DNA of 64,000 nt from Syncephalis fuscata S228 (taxonomy: Eukaryota > Fungi > Zoopagomycota). Under the pieces are notes generated by a model that saw only the letters and a program-made list of their open reading frames with translations, was not told the origin of the DNA and made no database searches. The stretch lies in the NCBI GenBank assembly GCA_025786725.1, contig JAHLTZ010000016.1, positions 248,001 to 312,000 of the forward strand, read 5' to 3'. Within the stretch, counting starts at the first letter, position 1, and each line of letters starts with the position of its first letter. Positions 11,541 through 22,923 of the stretch are shown in pieces. Position numbers and translations under genes: made by a program.

Positions 11541-13475
11541 ATGAAAACGACTGGCATGAACATGTTACTGCTGACTGTTGTCGGCAGTCTTGTTACCTTC
11601 GTACGACCAACTGTTGCATCCATCACGTTTTCTCACAATAGCGCAAAACACAATTACTCCACATACGATCCGTTGATGGTTCAGGTCCCTTACTATAGAT
11701 TTTCAGGTCCCATTCACCAGCCTCAGTTTATTGATGACCAAGATTGCAAATTTTCACAAGTAGATGCAGCACACAAGACTTTCTCCAACACATCCAGCAC
11801 AATTGCGGTCATTACAGAATTATCCGCTATAAACCATGGCTGTAAAACAATAGCACAGGTAAGTGTTGCAAGTATGGTTTATTGATATCGTGCATTAACC
11901 ATTTCCGCTTTAGATAAGTGCTGCTGTTGCTGACCATAGTCAAGCAACTGAATCATTAGGACTTACCCCTTTGAGCGCTCTTTTGATACTACTACAAGAA
12001 AATGATTCTGATGTTTCAGGTGGTCCATCGAATCTGCTTTCAATTTCACACAAGCCATCAATTCCCGATGGAAAAATATCAATACCAACCGCTCTTTTAC
12101 CAGCCAAGAACCTTAACTCGTTTATGGTAGCAATGGAAGAAAGCGCTGGATCGCTTTCTATTACTTTGGAACAAGGTAGAGTGTTATGGCGTAGCATATC
12201 AGTTGTCATTAACTTTAGACATTGGTGATTATGCTAGAATCTGGCCCTTGGAATAGCATCTTCTTTTCTGCAAACTATTCTGCTGCACGCTGGTTTCTTG
12301 TAGCAATTTGTGGATATTTCATGGCGTATAGCTTGGTTAAGGTGGCTCTGCTACTTCGCTCTAGAACTATTCGCTTTGAAAAATCCACTATTGTTCTAGC
12401 ATTGGCTATGGTAGCTTCTTCGCGTAAGTAAAATACGTGACACAGTCTTTTGTATTAATACGTTGCCATCTAGTCATCATCGCTGTTATTTCAATGAACC
12501 AATACACTCTAGCATCCACCGTAATGCGTTGTATAGGCAACATCGTTATTTGGTTTGCCTTCTATTTTACAATTTACACATGGTAAGTTGCCATATTTAT
12601 TTGGATTCAAATTAGTTTAACAGTAACGACTAGGAGTTCAATCTTGAATGAAATCCGCCAGGGTACTAGCTTGCCGCTTCAGATTTCTGTCTCCATCTGT
12701 GCAGGCATCACATTCGTGATCTATCTGGTTCGTTTGGTTTTTGCATTTACACCGCAAAATACCGCAGAGCAAACAACCATTTATGCTTTTGCCTATCTGC
12801 AGACAGCAATATACCTTACCCTTATCTTTATTATTGTTCATCATGGTAGGTAAATTAGCTGCTTATTTCAAATAAATATTAACAAATTACATTTAGATAA
12901 TGCTTTTCGGGCAGAAAACTACAAAGAATCGCATCGACCATCAAAGCAACGTATTTTCAAAACAGTAAGTACAAATTGTTACCAATAGTTCGTATGTTTT
13001 GCTTACTTTAAATCATTAGTTGCGCATCTCGATTGCAATCTGCATACTTACTTTGATTTTTGAGTCAATTACCAATGCTGCCACTGCTCACAGCCTGTTC
13101 CATGGCCAGACAACGGCCACTGTGGCCAACTGGATTATCAACGATTTTTGTTATGTTTTCCGCTGTGTCGGTCTGTTTTTGATGTACAGTATCAGAAAAA
13201 TGAAAACAGTAGGCCTGGGAGCTGATGATTACTATTCAATTTTCAGCCGTGAATGGACGCAGACTACATCTGCCCAGCCAAGTCCAAAGGTATTCAAGCC
13301 GGAGTTGCGCTATCTTGACACCTCAGCTCTTACTTCATCCACTTTGCCACGGGAACACTTGACGGTTCAAATACCTCCACATACAATGCATCTTAAACTC
13401 GACCGAATATTATCACCAATTCTATATGACAACCCGCTGTTTACCCAAAACATAACACCCACGGCGGTATTCTAG
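11541..13475 (+). CDS. Multi-pass (~7TM) membrane protein with signal peptide and ~200-aa extracellular (PA-like) domain, multi-exon
   Basis: Signal peptide MKTTGMNMLLLTVVGSLVTFVRPTVAS; Cys pair (DCKF...HGCKTIAQ); IPTALLP and E-x-GPWN just before the first TM; hydrophobic exons 12240-13190; Ser/Thr/Pro-rich tail. Confidence 0.7.
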
Positions 13476-13763
13476 TAAATAGGTTTATTTAGGAGTAATG
13501 TAGTTGTACGAAAAACGAATATTAAAATAAAAGTTATTAAACAAATTTCTACCATTAATACCAAAAGCAATTTATTATGTTAATATAAACAATAAAGCAC
13601 TTTAAATCTTATTCAGTTTATTCAGAAGCAAGCTCAATATTTTTATACTACCAACTATGCAATGCAGTTCAATAATTATAATGGGCTATTTTCAGATTAT
13701 AAAAATGCATAATTACTATTAGTAAATTTGTTTCTACAATATAATATGCTATTAGTATATTTA

Positions 13764-14230
13764 TTATTTCTAGTAAAGAACGATAGCTTTTTTCTATAAC
13801 GACTATAGTTAGTAATTAATATAGTTATAATGTCGATACTTACGGCTGTTTATCCACTGTTTCTACAATAGAATTCACTTCTATCTCATCTTCATTTGAA
13901 TCATTAACAGCAACACTATATACACTAGTTATTGACAGTTTCTCAATACTCTCAGTAACTTACATCCATCGTTGCTGCGCTTTATCCACCTTTTCAATAC
14001 AACGTTGCATTATTGTTCTGCCAGCTTGGGGTGAAGGCAGATTAATTGAATCCAGCATTTCGTCTAGATTGTCATCAAACTCCATACTAATCGCGCTCAT
14101 AACCTGAGGCGATATAACAAGTGTTTTGGTGTCCTGTGCCTTTTATCGTTGGTTAGTTTAGTGTCAATGCTTATTTATAAACACTTACTACATCCAACAA
14201 ATACTGTAGAGAAAGTGCTACAGTTGCAAA
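13764..14230 (-). repeat. 467-bp inverted, near-identical copy of an internal, intron-containing part (3220-3686) of the telobox gene
   Basis: Base-by-base reverse-complement match (coordinate sum 17450), about two mismatches seen, introns retained. Confidence 0.93.
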
Positions 14231-14377
14231 ACATAATAGTTATATTGCAAAATATTAAATATACTATCATATCTACATAGCGCTATTTATAACATGACTT
14301 TATTAATGTAAAGCGGCTACAAACTATACTGATGCTTTCTTACAAACATAATGTAGTTTATTGCCAAATCAACACTT

Positions 14378-15705
14378 TTATTCATTGCTCTCCTGAATAT
14401 CATTTCCATTGTTTATAAACTCGCGCAAGATGGCATTGAATCGCTTGTGACTACTTTCCACGCCAAAGTGAGTTGCACCATCTATAATGCAGATCTGTAG
14501 ATCCTCAACGAAATCTTCCATGCCCGACAAGGAAACATTTTCCATTAGTGCGATATCATTGTTGCCCCATATGACGACTGTTGGTACACGAATCATCGTG
14601 TCAACACCAATATTCGAGCCAAAGATTGACTTATAGTAGGCATGTGCACATGCTACAACACCCGGCAAAGTAAATGCTGATGTGTAGATATCGATATCGG
14701 CTTGTGAGGCCATATTAAGATCAGAATTACAATAGCGAATAAACTCGTAGTCACGCCATGTGAGGTAGATAGAGTAGAAGGGCCAGGGCATCTGAATCAC
14801 GGCTATATACTGGAAGGTAAAAAGCTGTTTAATCGCTTCCCATCGAGACACTTCTTTGTTGCCTCCGGTCAAGTTACGACCTAATACACCAATATGCGGG
14901 GCGTTACTGATTGCCAGTTTTTCGATGAAATTTGGACGCAATGCTCCACAGTACCTGTAGGCATTGTAGTTATCAAAGTGCAAGGATGAAGTGACAGTAG
15001 TCGTTATATTAATATTTACATATAAATAAATAAAATTGCTTTACACTTACCAAGCTATGATACCGCCCCAGTCATGTCCTACAAGAATGCATGTGCTATG
15101 GCCCAGGGCATGGACAACTTTTTCAATATCCTCGGCCAATTGATGGGGCGTATACTCGCTGGCGGCGGTCGGCTTGAATGAACCGCCATAACCTTTTAAA
15201 TCCAAGGCTACCACGTGATAGTCATCAGTGCCACCAAACTCAGTCAATTGATGACGCCATGTATACCAGCACTAAGATGGCATGAAATGTTAGTTGGTTA
15301 ATCTTCTGCTTTCCCAATAACAGCCAACAAGCTTACTTGTGGAAAACCATGCAGTAAAAGAATCAATTTTCCACTTGGATTGCCCGACTCGACACAATGA
15401 TACGTATTGCCTTCCACGTCAAAGAAGCGATGTTTTCCGTAGGATGAATCTTTTTTCAATAAAAGATCTAATGCTGTAACATAGACAATAATAAGTAACC
15501 ATTACATAATATATGAATATAAGCTTATGGTACCTCCTGGGGTTGGTGCGGCGCGCTTCCAAGGTAGTCTCAGCTGTAGAATTGATCTTAGCCAGATACG
15601 CGTCAAATAATCGTAGGTAAAGAAAGCCAAACCAAAGCTGAGTCTCAGTAGGCTTGCGACCGTTCGACGCAAAATACCAGGTTGTTTTATTACTTGCTCA
15701 CTCAT
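14378..15705 (-). CDS. Alpha/beta-fold epoxide hydrolase (EPHX3/4-like), 4 exons
   Basis: Motifs LLLHGFPQ/CWYTWRHQL, ALDLKGYGGS, nucleophile GHDWGG, WGNND and catalytic His in GATHF. Confidence 0.9.
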
Positions 15706-16382
15706 TCCAACAGTTGACAAATAGTTCAATAAAGTAAAAGTGGGAAAAGATAATGGTCTGGACCGAGCGCAATCGACAGTTTGAACGTATTAAATATCAC
15801 ATGCTGTCGTCATATCATCAGTATCAATCATGTGGTAACACCAAAAGCAACATTCGATGACGAAAGTAAAGACAATTGACAGTTAGAACAAACGTGTATC
15901 ATTTGCATCAAAAAGCGTTTTTAGTTTTTGAATTCAATAGCCTTCGTTAATACGTTATGATTTAAATGCAATGACAACACCTATGTTTTCTGTAGCAACT
16001 ATAATGTTGTCCAGTATTTAGCTCATACTTAATGCAAATTTGAATTTTTAAAAAATAAACTTTCTTTTTGCAAATATTAGCACACCTTTACAGTCGTATA
16101 ATTATTTACACTAATTAACAATTGCATGCAGTTTTATTGCAACTTATATTTGTCAAAAAGTCTTTTTTATAAAGCCATTACTAAGGATTTACTAATTATA
16201 TTGTAACAGCTTTAGAAGTGAGAAATAACGGCTTATATGATATTTTTATCTGCTACAATATAATTTAGCATGGTGTACTGCTAAGGCTAGTTAACACAGG
16301 TAAATGATGGCTTATACAAATTCTGTCTAATTGTAGTTTAATATATGGTGCTAATCAAAAACAATAAAAATGGCTTCATGAA

Positions 16383-17366
16383 TTAATTCATAGATTTTGC
16401 AGTGGTGATCTGAGATAAATTAAGTATATGATTAGTTTTTGGACGATGAGAATAATTAGTATTTTTGCCAAAGCTTTGACAATGGTTGACTAATATTGTT
16501 GTAACGACCACACTAATCATGTATAAGTTAAATCTAAGTAGCTAATTGTTACTACTTACTGATCTACAACAAAAAACATGTCAGCGTTGATTTTGCTAGT
16601 ATGCAAAATAATGAAAATAGAACAAATGATGTTGCATGACGTGGCCAAAAGCATTACTTGTATTCCATGCGTGCCAGTTCTTCCATGCCTCCGATCCAAA
16701 TAGACGATATTGCTTTAGGGCAACGTGACAAAAGATGACTGAAAATAATACGTTGATCGGCACATTGACTGCGAACCAGTACCACAGAAAAAGCTGAGGA
16801 TAGTACATTGTGCAGCCAACTATTTCTTCTAAACTAAAATAGCTAAGATAAATAACCGCAAAAGGATATGCTAGTTGTGCCACTATAGCAGGAGTACCAA
16901 TGTAAAGTATCCATTTTTGTCGACAAAGCGCTAAGTAAACTTTTTGAAGAAGTATTAAACTATTGCAAATCATTACAAATCCCATATTAAATCCAAGAAG
17001 CCATATCATGAGTCGGCAATTGACAAACGAATCTATATATGTAGACATAATTATCGGAAGAATTATAATGCTTAAAATGGAGGGGATCAAGCAACACCAC
17101 GACACTATGCTGCGAGGTCGTGATATGGTCATTCTACCAGAAATAACAAGGTTGCGTGCAAATATAAGAAACATCATAACATGTCCTACAAGAAAAACTT
17201 GTATACCAAAAAGCCGAAGACGTTGTCTAGCAATGTCACCAGTAGCTTCCATAAAAAAGTCAAATATGTTCATTTCACCCAGCGGATGAAGACGAGCACC
17301 CAAGTGCTTTATGTCACTGTTTATCCACATCTCATAATCTGGGCTAGTATAATTGATAAATGGCAT
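16383..17366 (-). pseudogene. Orphan 7TM GPCR-like paralogue 2, frameshifted before TM6
   Basis: Homologous to 6109-7094 and 20702-21687 with the same intron. Two 1-bp deletions at ~16668-16680 (tggaagaactggcacgcatgg versus tggaagaagctggcacgcgatgg). Confidence 0.75.
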
Positions 17367-18155
17367 TATGTGTATCAATAATAAAATGTATAATAAAAAA
17401 TATTAATGTAGAATAAAAAGAGGACCGAGAAATTAAAAAATGGATGCAACTTAAAAGTGCGCCTTATATCTATCAAGTTCTAAGCATAATCTCAACGAGC
17501 AGATTATTACAATAAACCTGTTATGCATATCAGAAGCTACCTCATAGGACATGCTGATGCTAAACTTGATGGCTGCATGTATAAAACATTGTTCAAGATC
17601 ATGTGGCATTAAGACTGCCAACTATGCATCAGTAGAAGCATAGGGCTTGTTGATTGAATATTTCTAGTATGCACTACGGCAATGCTATGGAGTAACTAAA
17701 GTGATATAGTAACGTAAAGCTATTTGTATTATTTAGATAAAAGGCACAGTTACACATTTGGCTGATCATTATGTGTGTATGATCGTCGATTGTTACATAA
17801 CTATATGAATAGTATATCAATTTTAGCCTGTGTTGTATGGGGAAACTGGTTATATAATTTATTGCATCTGGTTTTCCAAGGCGAAAAGATATCGTGTAAC
17901 ATGGAATTTTAGACTAATCCTGCCAATATAAATAAACAATTATACATATAACGCATTCTTTTATTAAATTCAATAGTGGATGCGCAATATTAAAATGTGC
18001 ATTTACGTAATGCGAGTTTGATTAATAACTGAAATATGTTTTTTTATTAAAAAGAATGACACAACAATGAACCAAGAAGATATTTAGTATGGTATAATAT
18101 TTGTGCTAGTCATGGGTTTCAAGTGTAAGTATTCCAACAATAAAAAGCGTATTTG

Positions 18156-18461
18156 AATGTAATAGACTTGTAAAAACTTGTGCTGTAATTTAACACAGCA
18201 CAGTTTGTTTCAGCTCTATAGGACAAGTATCAAATCTAATATGTCATCCATAGGAATGCATAATGAGCAATCAGTGCTGTTGGGAATAGCGAAAACACAT
18301 TATAGAATGAAAATTCATGCAAACTGTCCCATTTACTAATTTAAAATGACTAAACTGGAATGATGCATAAAACGACCTGGACTACATGAACTGGTTAAAC
18401 ATATCGCGCTGTGTTGTAAATACAGGATTTTGCAAATATTATTGTTATATATATAACTTTT
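18156..18461 (-). repeat. Near-identical inverted copy of 5020-5325; distal end of the older 5.0-7.1 kb / 16.4-18.5 kb inverted duplication
   Basis: Direct reverse-complement comparison. Confidence 0.9.
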
Positions 18462-19247
18462 GTTGACATTCATATTGCAATGTTACTGTAGTATAATATT
18501 ATATTCAGTCTTAATAGTCTATTGATTAGTGTTTTATTTAACTTTTGGGTTTTCAGGTTTGGATAAATGTGGTGTCTTGGCTGGCATTGGGTGTATTATT
18601 TGATCACGTTATATACACACACAGTAGTTATTGTGTATAAATAAAAACAGGTAATGGTTTTTGCTGTCGTCTTAAATATTATTCAGATTGTATTCTTATG
18701 CTTTTACTGCCAAACATTATCTATAATGCCAATTTATATTTGGCTAATCTAATTGACATGTAATAAGACTGTATTTTCATTGAAATAAAACGAAAGAGTA
18801 AGGCGTTTTATGCATAGCTAAGCATTTATTTATAGTTTATTTATATTATGTCACCATGTACCGTACTCTCTAAAATGGTGTATTATGTCAAGTAAAGGGC
18901 AATTGTAATATGAATGCTAAGCAGTGATGTAGTGTATATGAGCGCAAAGATTTTATATATTATTTGTTGTAAAAAATCACAAAGCAATTTACGGCTACTG
19001 GAACATATGGAATAAATATAGACATACGAGCATTAAAATCATTGGTAGCTGTAATGTGGCATTTCAGCACAGCTTATAATATTACATTAGTGCTATTATT
19101 ATTGCCATTATTGTTAACGGCGTTATAACAATGTAAAGTTAATCACAACAATCATATTCAATATTGATAATGCAATGGTTAGTAATAAATAGTTTTTATA
19201 TAATAGTATAATATAGTGTTGAGATTTTAAATGTAACAAAAACGTAA

Positions 19248-20131
19248 TTATGCTTGCATGATACGCTTTCGCGCTTGACAGAAAGCGTTTATACGTCTGG
19301 ACCGTTGCGGCCCTGCGCCTCGTCCATACGCCGTACCCAACTAGAAACGGTGTAAGTAGACTGTATTTTAAATTGTGCTTATTGCCTACTGATAGATGTT
19401 CTACTTGATGAATTACAAAACTAGCACCGTCATGCTCAGCCCAATCACGACTGCGTATATGGTGCCGTACAGTACCAGTATAACGCTGCAGGCGCGGAAC
19501 AACACGTAATGTAACCTTTAAATCATACCTAGGAGAGCGATCTTGGACGCCACGTCGATTTCCCCGCGCTTCTTCCTGTAATAGCGGATGTAAAGAGGGC
19601 GGTGTATACTTGCCTGCGTGAATCAGAGCTATGGTCAAATGTATTAGTGATTCATTAATAAACTGATGCTGCTTTTACGGTATTACCTGCAACGACATCC
19701 GAGTCATCCGTATATATGTCAGTGCCCCATATACGCCTTTGTTTGACCGCCGGATTGGTAAAAGTGAGCCAAGCGCTTGGAATCCGAACCACTAGAATAG
19801 CTTGTTCATATCCAATCAGTGGTGGAAGTAGTTTATTGGGTTCATATTGATGGAAACCTAGCACGCAATTAAGATTAGTGCTCGCACCAACACTATAAAC
19901 ACGCGCAAAGCACTTACCAAGATGAATATTTGTATTAGGCGGTGTTTCCAAGCCTAGATTTGTAGCATTACGCACAACGATAAATGTATTGCTGACGCTC
20001 GATTCTTCAGGGAGTGATGAGATGTTTTTTTCTTTTGTTGTCAAAGAATCATTTACTAACTCATTGACTTCGACTGAATCACCAGTAGGAAGGGTGTTTG
20101 CCGGTTCTACCGATTCTTTGGCTGTGTCCAT
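19248..20131 (-). CDS. RXT3: Rxt3-domain protein (Rpd3L histone deacetylase complex subunit), 3 exons
   Basis: VRIPSAWL, RRIWGTDIYTDDSDVVA/ALIHAG, DLKVTLRVVPRLQRYTG...IRSRDWAEHDGASF. Confidence 0.85.
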
Positions 20132-20701
20132 ACCAGGCACAATAATAATAAACAAAAAATAGCGAGAAAAAGAAAAGATGAATGTAATGCAGTTCAGCCG
20201 GCAATACGTCATACAATCACTTGATTATGTTACCATATTAGTATATCGTTTTTTACTAATTAACTAAAACTATAAGCTTTAGATTCACAAATATTAGCAT
20301 TTTACAAAATAGAATTAAAAACCACTAGTAGTGATATTGTGTATACGTTTTACGAATAAATATGCTACTCATAGATGTAAACACCACTACAGTAATAGCA
20401 ACAGTGCTTAATAATCTAAACATACTGTATTTGGCAAATCGAGTAATCAACAGTTGTGGCTGTATTATTCTAGTGCTTACAGAACGTGAAATTAACAGTA
20501 GTTAACATTGGCATTTAAGATATCAATGCCACAAAAATAACACATTGAAAAATATTTGTTTTAGTATGATGTTTTAATATGACTCATTATAGTGGGCTAT
20601 TAAAACTATTCACGATAAACAAACGGTATTTTATACGATTGCTATCTAACTTTAATGTGCAATACGTAGTCTAATTAAAGTAATAATAAAAACTTAATGC
20701 A

Positions 20702-21687
20702 TTAATTCATAGACTTCATGGTGGCAATCTGAGATAAATTAAGTATATGATCAGTTTTTGGGCGATAAGTAAGCTTAGTGCTTTTGCCAAAGCTTTGACA
20801 ATGGTTGATTAATATTGTTATAACGACCACACTAATTATATATAAGCTACATTTCAATAATTGCCTAATACTACTTACCAATCTATAATAAAAAACACAT
20901 CAGCATTGACTTGGTTTTTAAACAAAACAATAGAGATAGAACAAACGATGTTGCATGACGTGGCCAAAAGCATTACTTGTATTCCATCGCGTGCCAGCTT
21001 CTTCCATGCCTCCGATCCAAATAGACGATATTGCTTTAGGGCAACGTGACAAAAGATGAATGAAAATAATACGTTGATCGGCACATTGACTGCGAACCAG
21101 TACCACAAAAGAGACTGAGGGTAATAAAACGTACAGCCGACTCTCTCTTCTATACTAGTAAAACTAAGGTAAATAACAACGAAAGGATGTGCGAGCTGTG
21201 CCATTATTGCAGATGTACCGATATACAGTATCCATTTTTGTCGACAAAGCACTAAATAAACTTTTTGAAGAAGTATCAAGCTACTGCCAGCCATTATGAA
21301 CCCCAGGTTAAATCCAAGAAGCCATATTATAATTCGGCAATTGAGAGGTGAGTCTATATACATAGACATAATTGCCAGAAGAATTATGATGCTTAAAATG
21401 GAGGGGATCAAGCAACACCACGACACTATGCTGCGAGGTCGTGATATAACCATTCTACCAGAAATAACAAGATTGCGTGCAAATATAAGAATCATCATAA
21501 CATCTATTAGAAGTAGAGCTTGTATACCAAAAAGCTGAAGACGTTGTCTAGCAATGTCACCAGTAGCTTCCATAAAAAAGTCAAATATGTTCATTTCACC
21601 CAGCGGATGAAGACGAGCACCCAAGTGCTTTATGTCACTGTTTATCCACATCTCATAATCTGGGCTAGTATAATTGATAAATGGCAT
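20702..21687 (-). CDS. Orphan 7TM GPCR-like protein, paralogue 3 (intact, mosaic)
   Basis: Same architecture and intron position as paralogue 1; open through WKKLARDGIQ and the last exon ...IATMKSMN*. Confidence 0.82.
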
Positions 21688-22256
21688 TATGTGTATCAAT
21701 AATAAAATGTATAATAAAAAATATTAATGTAGAATAAAAAGAGGACCGAGAAATTAAAAAATGGATGCAACTTAAAAGTGCGCCTTATATCTATCAAGTT
21801 CTAAGCATAATCTTAACGAGCAGATTATACAATAAACCTGTTATGCATATCGAGAACTATCACATGGTTATATTGATGCCAAATTGGGTAACAGTATGTA
21901 TAGTACATTATTCAGGATTATATAGCATTAGCATTACCAGCTGTGCATTAGTAAAAGCGTAGACCTTGTCGAAAATACACAACAATGATATTGCAAAAAT
22001 AATTGGAATAATTTAGTATTATAGAGCTATTAAAATTAGTTAAGCCAAAAGTAAATGTATTGACTAATCTTGCATACTATATGAATATATATTTCTTTTT
22101 TAGATATCATAGTAGTTGCATTATATAATAATTTATAGTAAAAAAGATTACAATACGCCGATACAAATAAACAAATTGTTAATTATTCATTTTGGTCAAT
22201 TTCGTAAAAAAGCTGTTTACTGTACTGTCCGCTTTTGAAAAATATAAATAATTTTT

Positions 22257-22646
22257 TTGCCGCCCAAATATCTTGCCATATCTTACAAGAAAACAATCAT
22301 TGCCTTTGATGATGGTAACTTTGGCGCGTCTATGAAAGAAAAGCTATCTGTTCCTACACGAAAAATCACCAAAGTTATCAAGCAAATAACCAATAAGCCT
22401 AATGGTTCTATTGAATTTATTTACGTTGATGGGTATAGTGCAAGTCAGGTTTGTAACAAGTGTAGAGCTGGAAAAGATGGCGACTATTGAATCAAAGCAT
22501 AAAAAAATGTTGTACTCAAGTGCCAATCTTTTCATATAATATGGAAGCGTAATGTAATGGCAGCTAAGAACATACGCAATATTTTTACATACAAAGCAAG
22601 AAATAACGATGAAGGCCTGACTGAATTCAGACATGAAGACAGCTAA
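22257..22646 (+). mobile_element. Decayed Fanzor/TnpB-like RNA-guided nuclease, C-terminal fragment
   Basis: One frame with two internal stops: KKTIIAFDDGNFGASMKEKLSVPTRKI...FIYVDGYSASQVCNKC...VLKCQSFHIIWKRNVMAAKNIRNIF...NNDEGLTEF. This matches the Fanzor order IAFGD / DE-x-x-TS-x-x-CxxC / CxxC / WNRD-x-x-AA-x-N. Confidence 0.8.
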
Positions 22647-22873
22647 TCATCAAGCTCTTAATTATGCAACTAATATGACTCTTTTGCACTCCTCTGATTA
22701 ACTCCAGTAAGTATAATCGAATTGTTTGTTTCATTTAATTTACAAATACTGGATGGTCAATATAAAATGGCACAACAGAAGCCATATTGTATAAATAATC
22801 CTTGATGGGATAAAACTTGGTTTAATTATAACTTTTATTAGTAAATAAAACAATGAGGTTATTTTTATTAATA

Positions 22874-22879
22874 ACGCGT
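22874..22879. promoter_or_regulatory. MCB-like element (ACGCGT) ~45 bp upstream of the ROD/KNTC1 ATG
   Basis: Exact ACGCGT in a very AT-rich promoter of a mitotic gene; function is inferred. Confidence 0.35.
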
Positions 22880-22923
22880 CTTTTTCACTCTCGCCTTTCG
22901 TCTATATTCGCCCTTTATATATC

